DNA of 63,362 nucleotides, the filler included, from Octopus bimaculoides (Eukaryota), in NCBI RefSeq assembly GCF_001194135.2. It is 7 parts of 7 records of this genome, joined end to end, with 100 filler letters (N's around TTAATTAATTAA, not from the genome) between each part and the next. Parts side by side here need not be neighbours in the genome. Positions count along the whole stretch, not along the records: positions 1 to 18,097 come from NC_068986.1; positions 18,198 to 41,311 come from NC_068989.1; 5 more parts are not named here. One strand, 5' to 3'. Below, piece after piece: positions 13,040-26,800 of the stretch (the first letter of the stretch is position 1; every line of letters starts with the position of its first letter). The translations under genes were made by a program, and so were the position numbers. Under the pieces are notes generated by a model. That model did not search any database. It had not been told where the DNA came from and was given only the letters and a program-made list of their open reading frames with translations.

Positions 13040-14400
13040 AGGTGTTTCTCACTGCCAAGATTAATTTTAATGAGTGTAATTGGATTAGAAATGACTCTAT
13101 GAACTACTTCGACATCACTATGGATTCTTCTGATACGGCCCAGGTGGCAGACCTTGTGGGTTTATATCTCCTTTCTCAAATCAAGAAAGCCTTTCCAAAC
13201 GTCTCTAGTGGTCTTTATAGGGACGACACTCTCTTGGCAGGAAATGGTTTATCTAAAATGGATGTCAAACGCATTAAGAAATCTCTAAAAATTTATTTTT
13301 GAAATTTCAAATCTTAATATTGTATTTGATACCGATACTAGGATTGCAAACTTTTTAGACGACACACTCAATTTAAACACCAAATTAAATTACCCTTACC
13401 GTAAACCAAATCAAACACTACAATATATAAACGTTTCTTCCATTATCCTAAATTAACCCTCGATAGTGTCATTACGGCCATCTTTATTAGAATCTCCAAC
13501 CCATCGGCAAACGAAGAAATCATCAATGCACATGCCCAATTTTATAATGAAGCTCTAAAACTAAGCGGTTTTCACGATGATATTTTCTACATTCCTGACA
13601 CCTAACTCAAAACTAAATAGCTAACCTCTCCTCTGACATTAATCCTGAATTTATTAATACGAATTCTTCCTTAAAAAAAAACTTTTGTTAACCATACTGA
13701 ACAAGATAACGCACATTTTAGTAATCGTAACAAATATAAACCCACTACATCAAGACATTCTAATGTAGTAACACACTCTAAATTAAAAAAATTACCAAGT
13801 TTATTCTTTAAGATTCTGAAATCTAATTTTCCTAAACACCACAAGTATTGCCCTATCTTTAACAAATCCTCTATAAAATTATCTTACTCTAACATACCTA
13901 ATTTGGGATCTATTATTGCATCCATAAATTGAAATAAACTCAAATTTCAAATGATTAAAAACTTATATTATCATAAGGCATGTAAATCCGAACAATACAA
14001 AGAAATCAAGAATAGTTATTCTTTTATAAGCCATGTAAATCCGAACAATACAAAGAAATCAAGAATAGTTATTCTATCTATATCTAAACGTAATCAATCC
14101 CAACTAAACGTAGGCAAACCCGATTCAACCTTAATAAATACGAGTAAAACTATAGATAGGAGTAATATATAGTAAAACCATAGATTACAAAAACATGTAA
14201 TTGTAGGGTGTCCAACTTATGCCCTCTCTCTGGATTCTGTCTACGTAACAATGTAATTCATAAATGCAGCGTGGCAAACGACACACATCAAGCAAGAGTA
14301 TATCCAGGAAGCACCATAGATTTTAAGAAACGGTATAGAACCCATTTAAATTCTTTCAATAAGATAAAATAGAAAAACTCAAAGACCCTAGCAAGGTATA
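13040..14400 (+). mobile_element. Decayed Penelope-like element (RT plus GIY-YIG)
   Basis: ITMDSSDTAQVADLVGLYLL..GLYRDD RT motifs; PYRKPNQTLQYINVS; LKILKSNFPKHHK..IFNKSSIKLSYS; downstream CNCR..CPLSG and KKRYRTH segments; many stops; internal 53-bp tandem duplication at about 13973-14075. Confidence 0.85.
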
Positions 14401-15275
14401 TATATNNNNNNNNNNNNNNNNNNNNNNNNNNNNNNNNNNNNNNNNNNNNNNNNNNNNNNNNNNNNNNNNNNNNNNNNNNNNNNNNNNNNNNNNNNNNNNN
14501 NNNNNNNNNNNNNNNNNNNNNNNNNNNNNNNNNNNNNNNNNNNNNNNNNNNNNNNNNNNNNNNNNNNNNNNNNNNNNNNNNNNNNNNNNNNNNNNNNNNN
14601 NNNNNNNNNNNNNNNNNNNNNNNNNNNNNNNNNNNNNNNNNNNNNNNNNNNNNNNNNNNNNNNNNNNNNNNNNNNNNNNNNNNNNNNNNNNNNNNNNNNN
14701 NNNNNNNNNNNNNNNNNNNNNNNNNNNNNNNNNNNNNNNNNNNNNNNNNNNNNNNNNNNNNNNNNNNNNNNNNNNNNNNNNNNNNNNNNNNNNNNNNNNN
14801 NNNNNNNNNNNNNNNNNNNNNNNNNNNNNNNNNNNNNNNNNNNNNNNNNNNNNNNNNNNNNNNNNNNNNNNNNNNNNNNNNNNNNNNNNNNNNNNNNNNN
14901 NNNNNNNNNNNNNNNNNNNNNNNNNNNNNNNNNNNNNNNNNNNNNNNNNNNNNNNNNNNNNNNNNNNNNNNNNNNNNNNNNNNNNNNNNNNNNNNNNNNN
15001 NNNNNNNNNNNNNNNNNNNNNNNNNNNNNNNNNNNNNNNNNNNNNNNNNNNNNNNNNNNNNNNNNNNNNNNNNNNNNNNNNNNNNNNNNNNNNNNNNNNN
15101 NNNNNNNNNNNNNNNNNNNNNNNNNNNNNNNNNNNNNNNNNNNNNNNNNNNNNNNNNNNNNNNNNNNNNNNNNNNNNNNNNNNNNNNNNNNNNNNNNNNN
15201 NNNNNNNNNNNNNNNNNNNNNNNNNNNNNNNNNNNNNNNNNNNNNNNNNNNNNNNNNNNNNNNNNNNNNNNNNNA

Positions 15276-15572
15276 ACTCAGAGCGTAACGGCAGACGAAA
15301 TACCGCTAAGAATTTCGCCAGGCCTGCTAACGTTTCTTATTTCTTTATTGCCCACAAGGGGCTACACATAGAGGGGACAAACAAGGACAGGCAAAGGAAT
15401 TAAGTCGATTATATCGATCCCCAGTGCGTAACTGGTACTTATTTAATCGACTCCGAAAAGATGAAAGGCGAAGTCGACCTCGGCGGAATCTGAACTCAGA
15501 ACGTAAAAGACAGATGAAATACCGCTAAGCATTTCGCCTGGCGTGCTAACAATTCTTCCAACTCGCCGCCTT
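15276..15572 (-). mobile_element. SINE family B dimer, partial
   Basis: Matches 9330-9628. Confidence 0.9.
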
Positions 15573-17839
15573 ATAATAGGCTGGATATTGTTTGGGACAG
15601 AGAAGAAAAAGCATGTATCGTCATAGTGGTTCGCTGCCCTGCTGATGTGAATATCTCTTCGAAAATCAAAAAGAGAGAAAGCCTATGGAGAACTCCTCCG
15701 AAATATCCAGCTTCTACACCCAAATTATAAATTCACATGTATACCAGTAACCTTAGATGCACTTGGTTTTGCGAATAAATGCAATAAGCAAAGAATTTCC
15801 GAAAAATAAATCAACCAGCTAACATGCATATTACAACCATAATCTGTAAGTGGAACAGTAAAAACATACAAGATTTTCTTAAAATTCAAAATGTAAATTT
15901 GTTTTTGTTAGCTACATGCTAATGAGTAAAACGTGTGCCTTTATTAGAAACCAGCCCCGTCCTTAGAGTAAGTCCTCAAATGATTAAATGATTAAACATA
16001 AATGAGAAAATAGCTACATTCACACAAACACACGCATATATATGTGTATATACATTTATTTACTATAATGTTCCGTCTATAGCAGGGTCAACAAAAAAGT
16101 ATTCCATCCAATGAGAGATAAATATCATTTATTATGCACATTATTTAAAATTGAGCTACAAATAGTTTCATGCTGGGAGAACACAACAGCATTGTGTAAC
16201 ACGATTTTTGTCTTTAGGTAGAGACTGTTATTTCCGATTTTCTTACTCTTAAAAAGTAGGATTTATGGCTAATGTTTCCTTCAGACTTTGCTTTTGTTAT
16301 GTTACATTTATTCAAATCCCAAAGAATCTCTCTCAACATATGGCTATGATGCTCTTCCACTACTCCTGCTCATGATCAGAGATGCACATATCGTCAGCCA
16401 CTAACGGACATACTCAAGTGGTTAAGGTCAAGTAACTGACCAGCAAATCTGTGGTATTGAGTAGAATATTTACTATAACGATATTTCTGCTTCAGCAACT
16501 CAGCGCTGAATCTATCCGAAATATAATGCAAAAGCGATCAGTTTCAAAACATGGATGTTGAGGCCGTAAAAGAGAGTGTAAAGGGAATGGTAATCATTTT
16601 CTTTGATAGAAGCAAATAGGAAATAGCACTTATTGACCAAAGACAAAAAATGAAAATGTGTTATGTCTCAAGCTACTGCTATCTAGCACCTTCGGAAGAT
16701 CTCTACTCAACCGCTACACAACTGCTACTCGACTGCTACTCGATACTCCTACAACGGCCAGACTACCTCTATTTATATTTCTTGGGAGATCCTACTTCTT
16801 CACCGGGGGGCGTCGATACAACAAAATGAATAAATATAAATTACGGCAGATTTATATTCAAGCCTTTTGTCTCCAATCAATCCTTTAGGCTCGAATACAT
16901 AACATGACTAGTCTGCGAGAAAACACGAGAGAAAGCGAAAGGAAGGTGAATGCAAAATCTGGAATAAGAAAACCGGTACGAGAAAACAGAATGTAAAAAA
17001 AAAACTGAAAAAGAAAGGAAAGAAAACCAAGATATTCTGTTTAAAGTCTTGGGCCATGCCACAGTATTTTTCTCTTTTCATTTTACTTGTTGATTGTTAC
17101 CAATTCCATAGCTTCAAAAATTTAAGGAAAGGGTCCTTCAGTCGCACAACCATTTATCATTACAAAATTTGACATGCAGAGACTTTAGAGATTTTCTTCT
17201 TCTTTTTCTGAAACGCAATTCAGCTCAAGGGAAACTTCGAACGTCAAACAGAAAGCGGATTTGTTTAATGCCGAAATGAAGACATGAAACGAGTTAATGA
17301 AAATGGAGTACCACTTTCCCTAGTTCACGTCTTGCGGAGGTCAGCGAATGTAAAACAAATGACGGATAAAATAACATGGCATCATGGCCTGAGTGACTGA
17401 GCTCTTATTGACGACTCACCGGTATCTAGGAAGTGCATTTTAATGCTTACCAACCATACTGTTGTGTGTCTCCGTCCTCATCGTCGAAGGATGACGTTAT
17501 GATTGTAAAACGAAAGCCAAACACGTTGAGCATCAACCGCATGCCGGCTGCTACCATATGTATACATATGTATTTGTGTGTGGGTGTGTGCATGCGTTTT
17601 GAGTATGTCTATATTATTTATATGTATAAATAAATGTCTGTGTAGATATGCATGTATGCAAGCACGGATGCAGATATTATTGGTTTCAAAAGCTGTTCGT
17701 TCAAAAGCATGAATCCACACACACACACACACACACACATATATTTATATATGAATTCATAGATATATATCACACACACACACACACACACACACGCATA
17801 CACACACACGAATGAACAGGGGCAGAGACGCGCGCGTAA

Positions 17840-18063
17840 GGATACACATCTTAGAAAAAACAGAATGGAGTAAGTGGAGCAAGAACATACACGGAACGCA
17901 AAAGTGTCGCTGAAGAGGTCACAGATGTGTGGCGAGAGATTTCCGGACAATGGACATGAGTTAAAATAATCAAATAAGAACAGTAATAAACGAGTGAAGA
18001 ACAAGTATATAGCGTGTGTGTGGTTTAGTTAGCAAAAGAAAAACAGAACGACCACCCCGAAAT

Positions 18064-18070
<7 letters not shown>
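17840..18070 (+). mobile_element. Second copy of the Penelope-like terminal fragment
   Basis: aaagtgtcgctgaagaggtcacagatgtgtg..gatttccggacaatggacatgagtt..cccgaaatacaacaat shared with 5107-5270. Confidence 0.55.
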
Positions 18071-18097
<27 letters not shown>

Positions 18098-18761
18098 NNN
18101 NNNNNNNNNNNNNNNNNNNNNNNNNNNNNNNNNNNNNNNNNTTAATTAATTAANNNNNNNNNNNNNNNNNNNNNNNNNNNNNNNNNNNNNNNNNNNNGGG
18201 AGATAGTTAAACAAATAGGCAGAGAGGCAGACAATTGAATCGATAGATAGATAGATACATACATACATACATACATACATACATACATACATACATACAT
18301 ACATACATACATACATCCGTACATATTTTCTCCGGGGCATTGATTTCCAACTAGAAATCGAAATCGGTCTGTTGACACGAATCGATTAATCTGGATGTTA
18401 GTTTTTGCTACATTAATCTTGTATGAAACCAATTGTGATATTAAAATCACTCAGTAAGAAAATTACATTATCAAAATTGTCTGTTACTGAAAGACGTTTC
18501 TTTCAATAATGACATCTTAACTGTCATAATACCAAAAGGAAAACGTACAACAAAGAAGGAAAAAAAACACTAAGAACGGGACAGAGTAAACATTAAGTGA
18601 AATATTTACAAACTGATACTTCATAGAGTTAGTTGTGGATAGTTAAATTGTCCTGCTTCATAGAGTTGGAATCTGGTTTGATATTTGACTATATAATAAT
18701 TTTGTTGTTGTTAAACAAAGATTTTAATGTGGGGATTAAGAAATATTAGTATTAGTTTCTA

Positions 18762-19175
18762 ATTTTGGCAGAAGGCTAGAAATTTCATGGAAGGGGCTAA
18801 GTCGATTAGGTTGACCTCAGGGCTCAGCTGGCATTTATTTTATCGACCCCGAAAGGCATAGTCGACCTCGAGGGATTTTGATCCCAGAACGTAAAGACGG
18901 GCGAATTATTGTTAAGTATTTTGCCCGGCGTGCTAACGATTCTGCCAGCTCCCCGCCCTAAGAAATAATGGATTAAAGTTTTTACATAGGGCCAGAAATT
19001 TCGGGGAAAAGTGTAAGTCGATTACATTGACCCAAGCATTCAACTGCTACTTATTTCATTGAGCCTGAAGCTGATGGAGTGTAAGATCGACCTCGGTGTA
19101 ATTTAAACTTAGACCGTAAAGACAGAATCAATGCTGGTAAGCATTTTGTCCGGCATGCTAATGATTCTCCCAGCT
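18762..19175 (-). mobile_element. Two tandem older SINE family B copies
   Basis: gtcgacctcg..cagaacgtaaagac..tgctaa motif occurs twice. Confidence 0.75.
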
Positions 19176-19235
19176 TGAATCTTGCTTCCTTGCTTCCGAT
19201 GTTACCCAGCCAAAGTGGAGCATAATGGGAAAATA

Positions 19236-19463
19236 CTATACTCTTTAATCTTTTACTATTTTACATGTTTCAGTCATTTGACTGCGACCATGCTGGAGCA
19301 CCGCCTTTAGTCGGGCAAATCAACCCCAGGACTTATTCTTTGTAAGCCTAGTACTTATCTTATTCTATCGATCTCTTTTGCCGAACCGCTAAGTTACGGG
19401 GACGTAAACACACCACCGTCGGTTGTCAAGTGATGTTGGGACGACAAACACAGACACACAAAG

Positions 19464-19536
<73 letters not shown>

Positions 19537-20572
19537 NNNNNNNNNNNNNNNNNNNNNNNNNNNNNNNNNNNNNNNNNNNNNNNNNNNNNNNNNNNNNNNN
19601 NNNNNNNNNNNNNNNNNNNNNNNNNNNNNNNNNNNNNNNNNNNNNNNNNNNNNNNNNNNNNNNNNNNNNNNNNNNNNNNNNNNNNNNNNNNNNNNNNNNN
19701 NNNNNNNNNNNNNNNNNNNNNNNNNNNNNNNNNNNNNNNNNNNNNNNNNNNNNNNNNNNNNNNNNNNNNNNNNNNNNNNNNNNNNNNNNNNNNNNNNNNN
19801 NNNNNNNNNNNNNNNNNNNNNNNNNNNNNNNNNNNNNNNNNNNNNNNNNNNNNNNNNNNNNNNNNNNNNNNNNNNNNNNNNNNNNNNNNNNNNNNNNNNN
19901 NNNNNNNNNNNNNNNNNNNNNNNNNNNNNNNNNNNNNNNNNNNNNNNNNNNNNNNNNNNNNNNNNNNNNNNNNNNNNNNNNNNNNNNNNNNNNNNNNNNN
20001 NNNNNNNNNNNNNNNNNNNNNNNNNNNNNNNNNNNNNNNNNNNNNNNNNNNNNNNNNNNNNNNNNNNNNNNNNNNNNNNNNNNNNNNNNNNNNNNNNNNN
20101 NNNNNNNNNNNNNNNNNNNNNNNNNNNNNNNNNNNNNNNNNNNNNNNNNNNNNNNNNNNNNNNNNNNNNNNNNNNNNNNNNNNNNNNNNNNNNNNNNNNN
20201 NNNNNNNNNNNNNNNNNNNNNNNNNNNNNNNNNNNNNNNNNNNNNNNNNNNNNNNNNNNNNNNNNNNNNNNNNNNNNNNNNNNNNNNNNNNNNNNNNNNN
20301 NNNNNNNNNNNNNNNNNNNNNNNNNNNNNNNNNNNNNNNNNNNNNNNNNNNNNNNNNNNNNNNNNNNNNNGTATGTATGTATGTATGTATACATATATAT
20401 ATATACGACGGGCTTCTTTCAGTTTCCGTATACCAAATCCATTCACAAGGCTTTGGTCGGCCCGAGGGTATAGTAGAAGACACTTGCCCAAGGTTCCACG
20501 CAGTGGGACTGAACCCGGAACCATGTGGTTGATAAGCAGGCTACTTACCACACAGCCACTCCTATGCCTATG
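19236..20572 (-). mobile_element. SINE family C with expanded internal (CA)n(TA)n spanning an N gap
   Basis: Head ggcataggagtggctgtgtggtaag..gttcagtccc at 20572-20500; tail cagtcaaatgactgaaac at about 19265-19285. Confidence 0.85.
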
Positions 20573-20589
20573 GATATATATTCACCCTG

Positions 20590-21941
20590 AAATGTGAATG
20601 CAAACGAAATAAAACAAGTTTCACGTAAATCGGACAACTCGTTGTAGAGATATTAGGGGTTTTCGGCGTATAAGTACCCAAACGGTGCATAATAGGAAAA
20701 TACTCCGAAAATTACTTAATCCTGAAAGGGAAGAAACTTTAACCATTCGATTTGACACATTAGTGTCTTGACAACAAAAAAATGAGTTGTTCTTCACAGC
20801 AAATGTTTCTATTTACGCTTTTGTTAAACTTAATGTTTTAATCATTTAGTGAATGTGATTTCAAAATTGTACGGTAAGTATTTATATTTTAGCTTTCTAT
20901 AAACAGACAATATTTTGATTATTTTTAAATTTATTTTCAAGTGAATACCATTGCATAAACTTCTTTAGTATATTTTTAAAATATTTTCAAGTGAAAAGTT
21001 ACTTTCAAAATAGGGTAAATATTTCGTAAAAGACCTTTGTAACCTCGGTGTGAAATAATTTTATCCATAGTTTTTCGAGTGCATTCAACGTCTCTCACCT
21101 CCAAAGATTTGGCTGCTATTTCTAGCACGCCATGCTACCACGTAACTGCAATTTGCGAAAAAGTACCTAAAATAGCTGTTACGTGATAGCAAGGCGTGCA
21201 AGAAATAGCAGCCAAATATTTCCCTTTCTGGGGAAAGGAGCCGTTTACATGTGATTTCATTTACGCGTCACATTCGTTGAAAGCATGCAAATTAACCTGG
21301 AAAAGAAAAAAACTCACCTAACAAAACTCCGTCGGTGGGAAACTCAGAGTTTCCTGAGAAGCTCCGAGGTTACCACAACCCTTCTCCCCTTTCTTTTCCG
21401 AAAGAAAGTGGCTTGCGGTGGGTTTGGAGGTGGTATATGTCGAATGCACTCTAAGAAACCTGTGGAGAAAATTATTTCACACCGAAGCACGAAGGGGTCC
21501 TTTACGAAATATTTACCCAAGATCGGGATAGGCATGCGAATAGAAGGGTCGATGAGACTGTTTAAACAACGGCTGAGCGTCTGGCGAAACAGAGGGAAAT
21601 AAACAGCAGCAAGAGGATCAGGAATCGGACACTCGGAGAGCTGAGCGTCTAGTGAAATAGAAGAAAAGAGACAAAAGCAGGAGAAACCATGAATCAGATG
21701 CTCATGTGAATACAAATAGAATAAAACAAGTTTTGCGTAAAATGGACCACAGGTTACCGAGATACACGGTGTTTTCGGGTACTTTTATAAATAGCCAAAC
21801 TGGCGTATAATGGGGAAAATGCATTGCCACTAATGTACCACGGAATACGTTTCGCGTAAATCGGACTACGGATTCTGGAGATATGCGTTTTTTTCGGGTA
21901 CCTTGAAATATTGATGACCCAACGGGTTACGGATAGGCTAA
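20590..21941 (+). mobile_element. Probable non-autonomous Helitron/Helentron-type element
   Basis: Three copies of gtttc.cgtaaatcggac..gagata (about 20623, 21730, 21849); 3' hairpin ACCC-AAC-GGGT followed by ggCTAA and then (GATA)n, consistent with the Helitron hairpin+CTRR end; 5' end not defined. Confidence 0.4.
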
Positions 21942-21944
21942 TAT

Positions 21945-21997
<53 letters not shown>

Positions 21998-22701
21998 ACG
22001 CCCGTGTTTCGTCTTAATTTGAACCCCTCGGTGTAATAGAGACCTGGAAATTTTGAGCGAAGTTGAAACTTTGGTTCTGATATAAAGATCAGCAAACAAA
22101 ACGTTAACTATTTTTTCACCAGAAACTGGGTGGGTTCAAAATTAATTAATGTCGACATCTGAAACAGAATTAGATCAAATTAATGATGTACAAATAAATA
22201 TCACTTTGCGGTTATACGTTTGAAAGATGTCATATGCGAATAAATTATAAACAAAGCTTATTTAAAATATATATTCGTCTAAAGGCCATAAGCATAAAAC
22301 TTAAAGAATTACTACAATGGAATTTTCCAGTGAAAACATGTTCATAAGATTGTTGGAGTTGTAATTCGCGTCTATTATAATTATTGAAGTGAACATTTTG
22401 AATACTCGCACACATCTATTTAAATTGCTTCTAAACGGGAAAATAGACATCTAACAAATAGATATCAGTCAGAGGTTTTAGGCATGAGTTATCAGGTTCT
22501 AAACATATTAATCTAAGAAGTTCTTTGACTTCAATTTAAGTGACCGATTATCCATAGATACATTTCTCGTTAATAATATTTTCAGGTTGAATAAGTTTCA
22601 CACTATAACATGACTAGATCATTGAATTAAAGGGTATAATCCACCCAAAGGATTTACACAACGACGAATTATATTTACTTATTAATTTTATGGGTTAAAT
22701 T

Positions 22702-22907
22702 AAGGCGGCGAGTTGGCAGAATCGTAGTACGCCGAGAAAAAGGATTAGCGGAATTTCGTCCGTCTTTACATAGTGAGTTCAAAATCCACCGAAGCTGATA
22801 TCCCTTTCAGAATCGATAAAATACGTACTAGTTGAGTACTGGGGTTGCTGGAATGAACTTAGTCCCTCTCCTAACTTGCTGGCCCTGTGCCAAAATTTGA
22901 AACCAAT
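22702..22907 (+). mobile_element. SINE family B, diverged
   Basis: aaggcggcgagttggcagaatcgtag..gagttcaaaatcc. Confidence 0.8.
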
Positions 22908-23699
22908 ATTAGGGATTAAATTTCTTAAAATGTTTAGCGAGTTGTTACAACTGTTAATATAAAATTATTTTTCACTAGGGTTATTGTGGAAAATGAGCTT
23001 ATATTTATCAATACATCAGGATGATATCTAAATGAAGAGAATATCCACCGTAATATATACAGCTACTTATCAGGGACCTTGTACTAGGCCTTTTCTAAAT
23101 CTATAAATCTTATGTCTACACTTGTTTCGCGATATTAAATGTCCATCGTTTCTATAAATACCTCTTGTAACTTCAGGATTGTCTTGTGAAACTACAAACT
23201 GTTAAACATTCCAATAAATTTACTCAACTGAGTACCATCATATGCATTCAAAGAGACAAAGTGATACAATTCATCTCCGTTTTTCTTAAGCCAAGAGCAA
23301 TTGTCATAAAACAAACGCTATTTCCTTTTAATATTGATCTCGCTAATTGGTGTGTGATGGTATTTTGACCTTACATTTATGCATATTCTCTAAATTTGAC
23401 TGAGTTCTCTTATACATAAAAATCTTGTAATTATTCATTCAAACAACACTTACACGGTACTGCTGAGAAGAAAGAAGTTTATACTCCCTTCTAAATACAT
23501 CCATACTCATAAAATAGCATCCCCTTTGTGTCGGATATTATTTTTTGAAATGTTAGCAATGTTTACCGATTGGCTGCCGAAAATTATTTCTAAGAACGTA
23601 TTAAATTAGTTCAAAATGCCCTATATGTTCTGGCATAAAAAGTTTATCGATTTTATTGATACCATACACGAACACACACCATGCATACCACTCTCCACT

Positions 23700-23905
23700 A
23701 TCCACACCACCGATGTTATCGAGGGAAAAGGGAAGGGCCGATACAGCGTGGCACCTGTGACGTTGTGACTCATTTCTACAGCTGAGTGAACGGAAGCAAC
23801 TTGAAATAAAGTGTCTTGCTCAAGAACACAACGCGCAGCCCGGTCCGGGATTCGAACTCACAACCTCACGATCGTAAGCTCGACGCTCTAACCACTGAGC
23901 CATAA
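23700..23905 (-). mobile_element. SINE family A, 5' part
   Basis: Matches 5985-6175. Confidence 0.85.
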
Positions 23906-24013
23906 GACTTTACACACACACACACACACACACACATACACACATATATATATACATACATACATACATACATATATATATACGTATGCATATGCAGGTA
24001 TATATATATATAA

Positions 24014-24054
<41 letters not shown>

Positions 24055-24442
24055 NNNNNNNNNNNNNNNNNNNNNNNNNNNNNNNNNNNNNNNNNNNNNN
24101 NNNNNNNNNNNNNNNNNNNNNNNNNNNNNNNNNNNNNNNNNNNNNNNNNNNNNNNNNNNNNNNNNNNNNNNNNNNNNNNNNNNNNNNNNNNNNNNNNNNN
24201 NNNNNNNNNNNNNNNNNNNNNNNNNNNNNNNNNNNNNNNNNNNNNNNNNNNNNNNNNNNNNNNNNNNNNNNNNNNNNNNNNNNNNNNNNNNNNNNNNNNN
24301 NNNNNNNNNNNNNNNNNNNNNNNNNNNNNNNNNNNNNNNNNNNNNNNNNNNNNNNNNNNNNNNNNNNNNNNNNNNNNNNNNNNNNNNNNNNNNNNNNNNN
24401 NNNNNNNNNNNNNNNNNNNNNNNNNNNNNNNNNNTATATATA

Positions 24443-24477
<35 letters not shown>

Positions 24478-24521
24478 ATACATATACATCCAGATTCATA
24501 AAGCTATATACATATATACAT

Positions 24522-24552
<31 letters not shown>

Positions 24553-25933
24553 AAAACCCAGACACACACACTCACATACACAGGTATATGTACATACAAA
24601 TCTAACATAAATTAAATTCGCGATGTAAAATTAGTTCTTTGATTATTTTATTTGCTTATTTTATCTGAATTTATGTAAAGATTTTCTTGGAAATGATTGC
24701 GCTTCTGATATATTTTCGTACAACAGTGTGTAGAACAACAACAATACTTTTGACATTATTCTACAGTGAAAGGAATCCCCGGCTAGCAACCTTTCAGTAA
24801 ATTTATACAGAAAATATTACATGAAAATATCAATAACTCCTGACATTAAAAACGTATTAAATTAAGTGGCATATGAAAATTTGAGAATCTTCCTTTGAGC
24901 TTGGTTGTGTATGTGTACGTAAGTTTGTGTAGGTAAGGATACGCAATGAGGAAGGCAGGCAATCAGGCAGACAGGCAAACGGACAGGCAGCCAAGATGAC
25001 AGGCAAAGAAGCAGGGAGATAGGTATGTTGGTAAATAGGCAGAATCGCCGACAATAAGTCTTTGTATTTCCCCATAACTATGTCAACCGAAAGAGTGGTA
25101 GTGGATCTACCAAATTACATTTGCATGATCTTAGACCGAAATGCCAAAAGCTCAATTATATCAATCAATAGCTAAGATAACACAAAGTCTTACAGCAAAA
25201 GTAATTGTTAGATTCTATGACAATGCAGAATACACGATGAAGCCATTCTACGTTGCTTTCATCTGACATCTTCAGACAGCGCTAGATTTCAAAACACATA
25301 TGTCGTCCGTGTGTTAACATACAAAGTGAGAAACCAAACAAAACATAGTGATTCATGTTATTACACAGTCTGATGTGTACATTTACTTCATAATGACATA
25401 TTCACTTTCGTTTCTTTCAGGGTAATACTTGGTTCTGATTTCTTTGTTAGGAAACAAATAGAAATATTGATTCGTAAAGAAGGCACAAGGCAAGAATTTA
25501 ACAGTATATGATGAAAAGTAATAAGACTTTGTGTCGTTCGTGATTTTCTGGTGTGTTCTATCGATTGGTGAGGGGAATGTTACAATATCTATACTAAAAT
25601 TTTGACAAATATAGAAACATATATATGCATGATTGTACCTACATAAATACACACATACACACACACACACACACATATACGCATATATTTTTATATATTT
25701 ATATGTATGTATATCAATGGGTGGTTGTATTCATTTATAGAATGGTGTGTGCGTGCATAGATAACTATATATATATGTGTGTGTGTGCGTGTGTGTGTGT
25801 GTGTGTGAGTGTGTGTGTGTGTATAAAGAGAGTGAAAGGAGACTCACAGAGATAAGAATATATATAAGTATATAGGTATATAGATGTGCATATGTGTGTT
25901 TGTATATATATATATGAAAATATATATATATAT

Positions 25934-25971
<38 letters not shown>

Positions 25972-26504
25972 GATATATACACACACACACACAGCACATA
26001 TATACATTTATAGATAGATACATATACATACATACTTACATACATATGTGTATGCTTATTTGTGTATGTGTCGGCGTCACTTTAAAACAGTGATTATTCG
26101 TTATTTCGCTTATTAAATCACTTTCGGTTCGAAGTGTCTATGAATATAAAAAGATTTTTTTATTAACTGCTGCAAATTTAATTTTAATTACCTTCACAAA
26201 ATTATTATTAGCATTGCTATTTGTTTCTAATTTAGACACAGGGCCAGTAATGTTGAGGAGAGAGTATTCGTTGCTACCGCGACCCCATTGACTGATATGT
26301 TATTTTGTTCACTCCAGGGGTGTGAAAGGCAAAGTTCACCTTGGCAGTATGTGAACTCAGTATCAAAGAAGCCAGAGGAAATAAGCCAAAGCATTCTACC
26401 AATCCACCTTCTCATTGGTTGTATCAATTTGGCCACAAAAGTAAAGATTGTTTAACATAGGAGCATTTTAGTTAAATTACTTTAATTTTGTTGGACAAGT
26501 ATCT

Positions 26505-26800
26505 TCTGCTGTACTTACGGGCCGATCGAAGCCTTCTGAGTAGCTTTGGTAAGTGGAAACTGAAAGAAGCCCATCACATATATGTGTGTATATGTATATG
26601 TGTACGACTGTGTGTTATTTCTCTGTCCCCCACCACGACTTGACAACTGGTATTAGTTGGTTTATACCACTGTGCCATAGCGGTTTGGCAAAAGAAACCG
26701 TTAAAATAAGTTCCAACTTTGAAAGTAAATGCTAGAGTTGATTTGTTCGAGACGATACCCCAGCACGGTTGCAGTTCAATAATTGAAACCGGTAAAAGAA
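26505..26800 (+). mobile_element. SINE family C, diverged 3' two-thirds
   Basis: gggccga..ggaaactgaaagaagccc..cacgacttgacaac..ccagcacggttgcagt. Confidence 0.7.

Noticed and set aside
18142-18153. Recurrent TTAATTAATTAA palindrome
   Set aside because: Always embedded in N runs; an assembly linker, not biology.
20850-20873. 24-nt tag|..|gtaagt segment, plus similar ones at about 9843-9856, 24765-24794 and 27319-27336
   Set aside because: No mutual similarity, the joined peptide is unrecognisable, some donors are weak, and the 20850 site lies within a probable transposon.
23454-23462. Minus-strand 9-nt microexon-like site (cttctttcttctcag|CAGTACCGT|gtaagt)
   Set aside because: Strong-looking splice sites, but isolated with no partner exons or paralogy; expected by chance in AT-rich DNA.
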